IMG/VR virus record: IMGVR_UViG_3300007351_000277
Coordinates: 1-64,000 of that record
Strand: one strand, 5' to 3'
Origin: a virus
DNA: 64,000 nucleotides
Shown: positions 59,508 through 64,000 of the stretch, in pieces
How the letters are laid out: each line of letters starts with the position of its first letter
Numbering within the stretch: the first letter of the stretch is position 1
Made by a program: the position numbers and the translations under genes
Notes under the pieces: model-generated
Database searches by the model: none
The model's input: only the letters and a program-made list of their open reading frames with translations
Told to the model about the DNA's origin: nothing

Positions 59508-60751
59508 GCAAGCCCACCATTCACGAGGGTCCGGGCAGTTACCAATTCACATGGCCGTCAGACGAGGTTGAAATTGTTGTGTCTCGAATACGAGACCACC
59601 GAGATGGCAGCACGACCGGTGAGGTACGCATACGGTCCTTGAGTGAGGGCGTTTCAGGCCATATCCATCAGGCCAAACTGAACCTGACATCGACTCAAAG
59701 CAAGCAGGGACTGGCCAAGCTACTGACCACTCAGAACGGTCACGTAAACTGGTCGGTGATAATCGAGCAGCTATGTGTCAACACCCTTGACCTGCTTCGC
59801 CAGGGTGAACCGGCTGTGGATGTTGGTGACGACGAAACCATAGAGCCACCATCATATCTGCTCTACCCAATTATCCCTGCGAATCGTCCAGTCATTATCT
59901 TTGGTCTAGGGGGTACGTTCAAAAGCACTTTTGCTTTACTTTGTGGACTGATCGTGCAACGGGGATGGACAGACAATTCCCTGGGGCTGAAGCCTGATGA
60001 GAACCCGGTGAACGTTTTGTATCTGGATTGGGAAACTGATCGGTCCGACATATCCTGGCAGATACAACGACTACGACGAGGCATGAAGTTGGCACCGACT
60101 AAGATCAAATACCGTCGCTGTGCAGCTTCTCTGGCTGACGATCTGGATGCTACACGAGACATAGTGGCGAAGTTCAATATTGGCCTCGTCATATTGGATT
60201 CGGCTGCAGCAGCGTGTGGTGGTGACATTACGACGGTCGAGCCGGTCAGCAGGTTCTTTGCTGCCATACGCCAGATAGGTGCTACCACGTTGATCCTGGC
60301 ACATACAGCCAAACACTCAGGGGAAAATGGCAAAGGACGACGGACCCCCTACGGTAGTGTGTTTTTTGAGAACTATGTTCGCTCACAGTGGGAGATAAGA
60401 CGAGAGCAGGAGGTGGGGGAAGATGAGATTGAGTTAGGCTTAATACACACGAAGGTCAACGGTATGAAATTGCAGAAGCCCTTGGGGTTTGTAGTCACGT
60501 TCGGGGACGATACGATCACGGTTCGCAAGCGAGACCCATCCCAGATAGCATTTATTGCCGAGAAAATGCCGACCACCATTAGGATTCTGGGATTGCTGCG
60601 ATCTTTTGGTCGTATGTCGGTAACGGATTTGGCGACTGAGTTGGACGCAAAAGAGGGTGCGGTTCGTAAGGCATTGCAACGTATGGAAGCCAAACAGGAA
60701 GTCGTGAAGGTCGCGGGTGGGTACGGATTGAAGGCTGATGAGCCATTTTAG
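59504..60751 (+). CDS. RepA/DnaB-like RecA-fold ATPase (replicative helicase or initiator) with a C-terminal winged-helix domain
   Basis: Walker A-like VIIFGLGGTFKST, Walker B-like GLVILDSAAA, ILAHTAKH, and wHTH IRILGLLRSFGRMSVTDLATELDAKEGAVRKALQRM. It ends ADEPF. Confidence 0.7.
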   Translation: MSKPTIHEGPGSYQFTWPSDEVEIVVSRIRDHRDGSTTGEVRIRSLSEGVSGHIHQAKLNLTSTQSKQGLAKLLTTQNGHVNWSVIIEQLCVNTLDLLRQGEPAVDVGDDETIEPPSYLLYPIIPANRPVIIFGLGGTFKSTFALLCGLIVQRGWTDNSLGLKPDENPVNVLYLDWETDRSDISWQIQRLRRGMKLAPTKIKYRRCAASLADDLDATRDIVAKFNIGLVILDSAAAACGGDITTVEPVSRFFAAIRQIGATTLILAHTAKHSGENGKGRRTPYGSVFFENYVRSQWEIRREQEVGEDEIELGLIHTKVNGMKLQKPLGFVVTFGDDTITVRKRDPSQIAFIAEKMPTTIRILGLLRSFGRMSVTDLATELDAKEGAVRKALQRMEAKQEVVKVAGGYGLKADEPF

Positions 60752-60754
60752 AAA

Positions 60755-60843
60755 TTGGACATTTTGTCCAAGACAGTTGGACATTGTGTATTGGACAATT
60801 GGACAGGACATTCCCCCTTTTAAGGGGAATGTCCAATGTCCAA
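60755..60843. repeat. iteron cluster / putative origin: 7 copies of TTGGACA (4 direct, 3 inverted) around an 11-bp-arm palindrome
   Basis: TTGGACA at 60755, 60777, 60791 and 60799. TGTCCAA at 60765, 60830 and 60837. Palindrome GGACATTCCCC (60806-60816) / GGGGAATGTCC (60824-60834). The cluster starts 4 nt after the helicase stop. Confidence 0.7.
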
Positions 60844-60907
60844 TTCTTTCCAGAAGATGTCCAGGTGTACAAAGATAAGCACGAGAACTGGTGGGGGTAC
60901 AGGTAGT

Positions 60908-61180
60908 ATGTCGAGCATACAGCAGGCAATCGAGGAACTACAGTGCAAGATTCAATCGCTAACTGCAAGGTTGGAAAAAGGCAGCGCCATGATCGAGGCA
61001 GCACGCGAATTGGGTATGCAGGAACAGTTGCTCGAGTACGAGACGTTCTGGATTGGCCTGCTACGAGAGTACGAGCTCGCTTGCGACAAGCTGCAGGTGT
61101 TGGTCGGGGTAGATAGCCACGCAGAGAACGGGGTGGGCAATGAGCGAGCAACGAGTAGCCCCAATGTGGACAGCAATTAA
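60908..61180 (+). CDS. hypothetical coiled-coil protein
   Basis: In-frame ATG 60908 within track ORF 60836..61180, whose first codons are iteron DNA. Confidence 0.45.
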   Translation: MSSIQQAIEELQCKIQSLTARLEKGSAMIEAARELGMQEQLLEYETFWIGLLREYELACDKLQVLVGVDSHAENGVGNERATSSPNVDSN

Positions 61181-61478
61181 GGACTGCCTTGATTGCGAGG
61201 CTGCTAGATGGACAGGAATGCAGTGGGTATGTACAGAGACCAACGAGGTTATTTCTGGACCAGAGGGGAAATTCCCCGAGTTTTGTCCGTTGACGACCAA
61301 GGCCATTGACGTGTTCGATCTGCTGGCAAAGGCCAGAGCACTGGTGGACGAAGAATGTCCTACAGTCAGCAGCTCGTATGGTCCGTGGTGTTTCTACTGC
61401 AATTGGTACGAGGGCCACAGCGAAACCTGCAAGTGGGCAGCACTAGAGCGGGTCGTGAAGGAAGCGGCAAGTGTCTGA
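61140..61478 (+). CDS. hypothetical Cys-rich protein
   Basis: 112-aa ORF. Confidence 0.45.
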   Translation: MSEQRVAPMWTAIKDCLDCEAARWTGMQWVCTETNEVISGPEGKFPEFCPLTTKAIDVFDLLAKARALVDEECPTVSSSYGPWCFYCNWYEGHSETCKWAALERVVKEAASV

Positions 61479-61863
61479 TTACTTGAGCAACGAGAAGAGG
61501 TCCAAGTATCTGAACATCAAGGCAACGCGTAATGGCCAGGTGTATGACTCGAAGGCTGAGGCTGCACGCTACACGGAACTAAGACTGTTGGAAATGGCTG
61601 GCGAGATATCGGACCTAGAGCGTCAGCCAAAGTACACCGTGCTGGACGGGTTCCGAGATGGGTTTGGAAAGTGGCACCGAGTGGTAACGTGGACGCCTGA
61701 CTACCGATACTTTGACAAGCAAGCAGGTCATTGGGTGGTCGAGGACGTTAAGGGTGGTGATGGTCGGTGGTCTACGAAAACGACCGACTGGTCGCTCAGG
61801 ACGAAGTTGTTTCGGTTAAGGTATCCCGATATCGAGGTGAGGGTAGTAGAGAAGGGGGGTTAA
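61471..61863 (+). CDS. DUF1064-family protein (PD-(D/E)XK nuclease, putative Holliday-junction resolvase)
   Basis: KYLNIKATRNGQVYDSKAEAARYTELRLLEMAGEISDLERQPKY...TPDYRY...VEDVKG fits the family pattern. Confidence 0.65.
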   Translation: MSDYLSNEKRSKYLNIKATRNGQVYDSKAEAARYTELRLLEMAGEISDLERQPKYTVLDGFRDGFGKWHRVVTWTPDYRYFDKQAGHWVVEDVKGGDGRWSTKTTDWSLRTKLFRLRYPDIEVRVVEKGG

Positions 61864-61867
61864 GGCA

Positions 61868-62068
61868 GTGGATAAACGAATGGCTGACTTAGGTTTTTGG
61901 GTGATGGGCCTAGGAATACTTCTGTTCCTGTGGTCCATAGTGGCACTGATTATCCTGGTATTTATAAAGTGGGAGGTTCCCTGGCCAGTCCTGGCTATAG
62001 TAGCTAGTGCAGGCGTGATGGTTACTGGGGGCGTAATTGGTGGTTGGTTTGGGGGATATGGCAAATGA
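61868..62068 (+). CDS. small membrane protein
   Basis: 66 aa with two hydrophobic helices. Confidence 0.45.
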   Translation: MDKRMADLGFWVMGLGILLFLWSIVALIILVFIKWEVPWPVLAIVASAGVMVTGGVIGGWFGGYGK

Positions 62069-62865
62069 ACGACATTAGCAAAACCATTGGGTATGCACAG
62101 TATAGCTGGAATCCCATCACTGGCTGCTTGAGGGGCTGTCCTTACTGCTATGCTCGGCGCATAGCGGAACGGTTCCATACTTGGAAATCGCGTGCTGCTG
62201 ATGCGTCGGGGGTGCTTTGCGCTTTGCCTGGCGATGTGTTCCCGTGTGGGTTTGCGCCAACGTCCTATGAACATCGGCTGCACGAGCCTAGGCTGAAGAA
62301 GACGCCAAGCATTATCTTCGTTGGTGACATGGGGGACCTGTGGGGGTCGTTCCCCAAGTGGGTGCATATCAAGGTCCTTGAGGCCATAGATCTGGCACCA
62401 CAGCACCAGTACCTTATGTTGACCAAGAGTCCTGGGTTTTATCCGTACCTACTGCCTGACAACGTGTGGACAGGATTGACGGTAGAGAGCTATGACAAAG
62501 AGGAACGCATGGGCGATCTGTGGAAGACAGTGCACCCCCTAGCAAACATTTGGCTGTCTTGCGAGCCTATGTTGGGGCCTATCGATCAGTGGATAGTGGA
62601 CGAAGGTGACTGGATCGAGTGGGTAGTGGTGGGGGCGCAGACAGGGGCAGGGGCTCAGTTTCCTGAGAAGAAGTGGCTGGATGCCTTGGTTAAGGCATGC
62701 AAGGAAGAATCTGTGCCTATCTACATGAAGAAGAGTTTGAGCCAGGTGTGGGGCGACAACTTGATCCAGCAGTGGCCAGTGGGGTTGCAGCAGCATCGAC
62801 CTGCAATCGAGAAGGGACGAGGCTTATGGGTGCCCATGAAGGCAGAGAAGGAGGTAAGGGGATGA
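62065..62865 (+). CDS. phage Gp37/Gp68 family (DUF5131) protein
   Basis: In-frame ATG 62065 overlaps the preceding stop (ATGA). N-terminal signature YSWNPITGCLRGCPYCYA. Confidence 0.75.
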   Translation: MNDISKTIGYAQYSWNPITGCLRGCPYCYARRIAERFHTWKSRAADASGVLCALPGDVFPCGFAPTSYEHRLHEPRLKKTPSIIFVGDMGDLWGSFPKWVHIKVLEAIDLAPQHQYLMLTKSPGFYPYLLPDNVWTGLTVESYDKEERMGDLWKTVHPLANIWLSCEPMLGPIDQWIVDEGDWIEWVVVGAQTGAGAQFPEKKWLDALVKACKEESVPIYMKKSLSQVWGDNLIQQWPVGLQQHRPAIEKGRGLWVPMKAEKEVRG

Positions 62866-63146
62866 GTATCAGGCCCCGATTGGGACAGAAGGTGCGAGTC
62901 AAGGGCAAAATCAAATATGAGTACAGCCGAAGGGTGAGAAACATAGGGCGAGAGGACTACGAGGCAGAGGGCATCTACTGCGGGGCTCGTAGCATCCCCG
63001 TCCTGCGTGAGGATGATCAGTTATTAGACTACGGCTATACAACGGTGTTTATTCCTGTTAGTGGCAAGCAGGTGTATCTTGTCGCAGTATCCGAGCGTAG
63101 CATCGTCAAGTGCTTGCCAGAGGATGTAGAGGTGCAGGGATGTTGA
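62862..63146 (+). CDS. hypothetical protein
   Basis: In-frame ATG 62862 overlaps the preceding stop. Confidence 0.45.
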   Translation: MSIRPRLGQKVRVKGKIKYEYSRRVRNIGREDYEAEGIYCGARSIPVLREDDQLLDYGYTTVFIPVSGKQVYLVAVSERSIVKCLPEDVEVQGC

Positions 63147-63475
63147 AAGGTGCATGTTGGGTATGCAATTGGTGGATTGCGCCTACAAGCACAACAGATC
63201 AAACAGGTGGGCTATGTCAAATTACCCGTAAAGTGGTGGCCCAGCGCGATGTTTTCCCTGGGCCACCGCCAGATAGCTGTCTGTTTGTACAGGTTGAGCG
63301 ATTGCAGGCAGAGAACGAGTCCCTCCGCTCGCAGTTGGCGGAAGCGCAGGAGGCATTGCGTCGCCTGGTAGAGGATATGCGGGCCGAACTGGCACTGACA
63401 GCAATCGGGACCAATCCGGGGAGAGTCCTGGGGGAAGGGGGCGACGATGGGGACGACTGTCCAGGCTATCGTTGA
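63140..63475 (+). CDS. hypothetical protein
   Basis: In-frame ATG 63140. CWVC motif and a coiled-coil segment. Confidence 0.45.
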   Translation: MLKGACWVCNWWIAPTSTTDQTGGLCQITRKVVAQRDVFPGPPPDSCLFVQVERLQAENESLRSQLAEAQEALRRLVEDMRAELALTAIGTNPGRVLGEGGDDGDDCPGYR

Positions 63476-63671
63476 GGACTACCTGAAGACGAATGGCTAC
63501 GATGGCCTCTACAATGCCGCTGCCGACTGTGCGTGCGATCTGTCGGACTTGATGCCGTGCGGGTTTGACTGTTCGGCGTGCAAGCCTGGCTACCGGGTGC
63601 CATGCAGGTGCGGTGAGAACTGCCTGTTCGACATCGTGTCTGAGAAGCCAGTGAAAGGAGGTGATGCCTGA
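63447..63671 (+). CDS. hypothetical Cys-rich protein
   Basis: 74 aa with 9 Cys (CACDLSDLMPCGFDCSACKPGYRVPCRCGENC). Confidence 0.4.
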   Translation: MGTTVQAIVEDYLKTNGYDGLYNAAADCACDLSDLMPCGFDCSACKPGYRVPCRCGENCLFDIVSEKPVKGGDA

Positions 63672-64000
63672 TGGCCGGTAACGATGCCACGTCGAGAATA
63701 CCTGAGGGCGACCCGGCGACGGGTGAGGGCGGGGGCCGGGAGGTCCAACAGCTGTTGCAGGTTTGTCATGAACTGTATCCCGTGATTGCGGGACAGTGCA
63801 TCGCTCATGGGATGGCGGGCGAGGTGGAGGCAGAAAAGCGATGGGATGGTCATGCAAGGCAACTCCTGGCGGCAGTGGAGGCCGTTGCTGGTACTGGTTG
63901 GGCTCGTCCATATGCGGTGCGATGTGGAGTATGTGGTACCCTGGATGATGTTAGGCTGATGCAGCGTATCGAATTGGCGCCGGAAGGGGCTTGGATGGGT
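63671..64000 (+). CDS. hypothetical protein, 3' end beyond the window
   Basis: Hand translation from ATG 63671 (which overlaps the preceding TGA) gives MAGNDATSRIPEGDPATGEGGGREVQQLLQVCHELYPVIAGQCIAHG... The frame stays open to the window edge. Not in the ORF track. Confidence 0.45.
   Translation, partial: MAGNDATSRIPEGDPATGEGGGREVQQLLQVCHELYPVIAGQCIAHGMAGEVEAEKRWDGHARQLLAAVEAVAGTGWARPYAVRCGVCGTLDDVRLMQRIELAPEGAWMG

Overview
Almost the whole 64 kb reads as one co-linear segment of a dsDNA tailed-phage or prophage genome. It is transcribed almost entirely on the + strand, and GC looks mid-50s % by eye. Order of modules: (i) An IS200/IS605-type tnpB on the - strand, cut by the left window edge. 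(ii) A packaging and head module with terL, portal, a 2749-aa giant virion-type protein, a scaffold-like protein and an HK97-like major capsid gene. The capsid gene is broken into three exons by two related group I introns. The first intron carries two antisense LAGLIDADG homing-endonuclease genes. (iii) A ~12 kb sugar/protein-tailoring island inside the structural module: a GT2-TPR-GT4 fusion, three further GT2-type genes, a DegT aminotransferase, three SAM methyltransferases (one fused to GNAT) and three consecutive B12-binding radical SAM enzymes. A further GT4 lies downstream. (iv) Tail and fibre genes, including a GC-rich DNRLRE-domain gene. (v) A lysis cassette. (vi) A Ro60/Rsr gene flanked on both sides by about five structured Y-RNA-like genes, one with a circularly permuted tRNA mimic. 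(vii) A divergent XRE/Cro-like switch. (viii) A recombination, replication and nucleotide module: Rad52-like SSAP, C5-MTase, HAD, DUF1599, ThyX, SSB, sliding clamp, Dam-like MTase, ParB-MTase fusion, RepA-like helicase with an iteron cluster, DUF1064 and DUF5131. No integrase, canonical tRNA or CRISPR array was seen. All product calls come from motif recognition by eye on the supplied translations and on my own hand translations. No searches or computations were run, and intron and RNA boundaries are best estimates.
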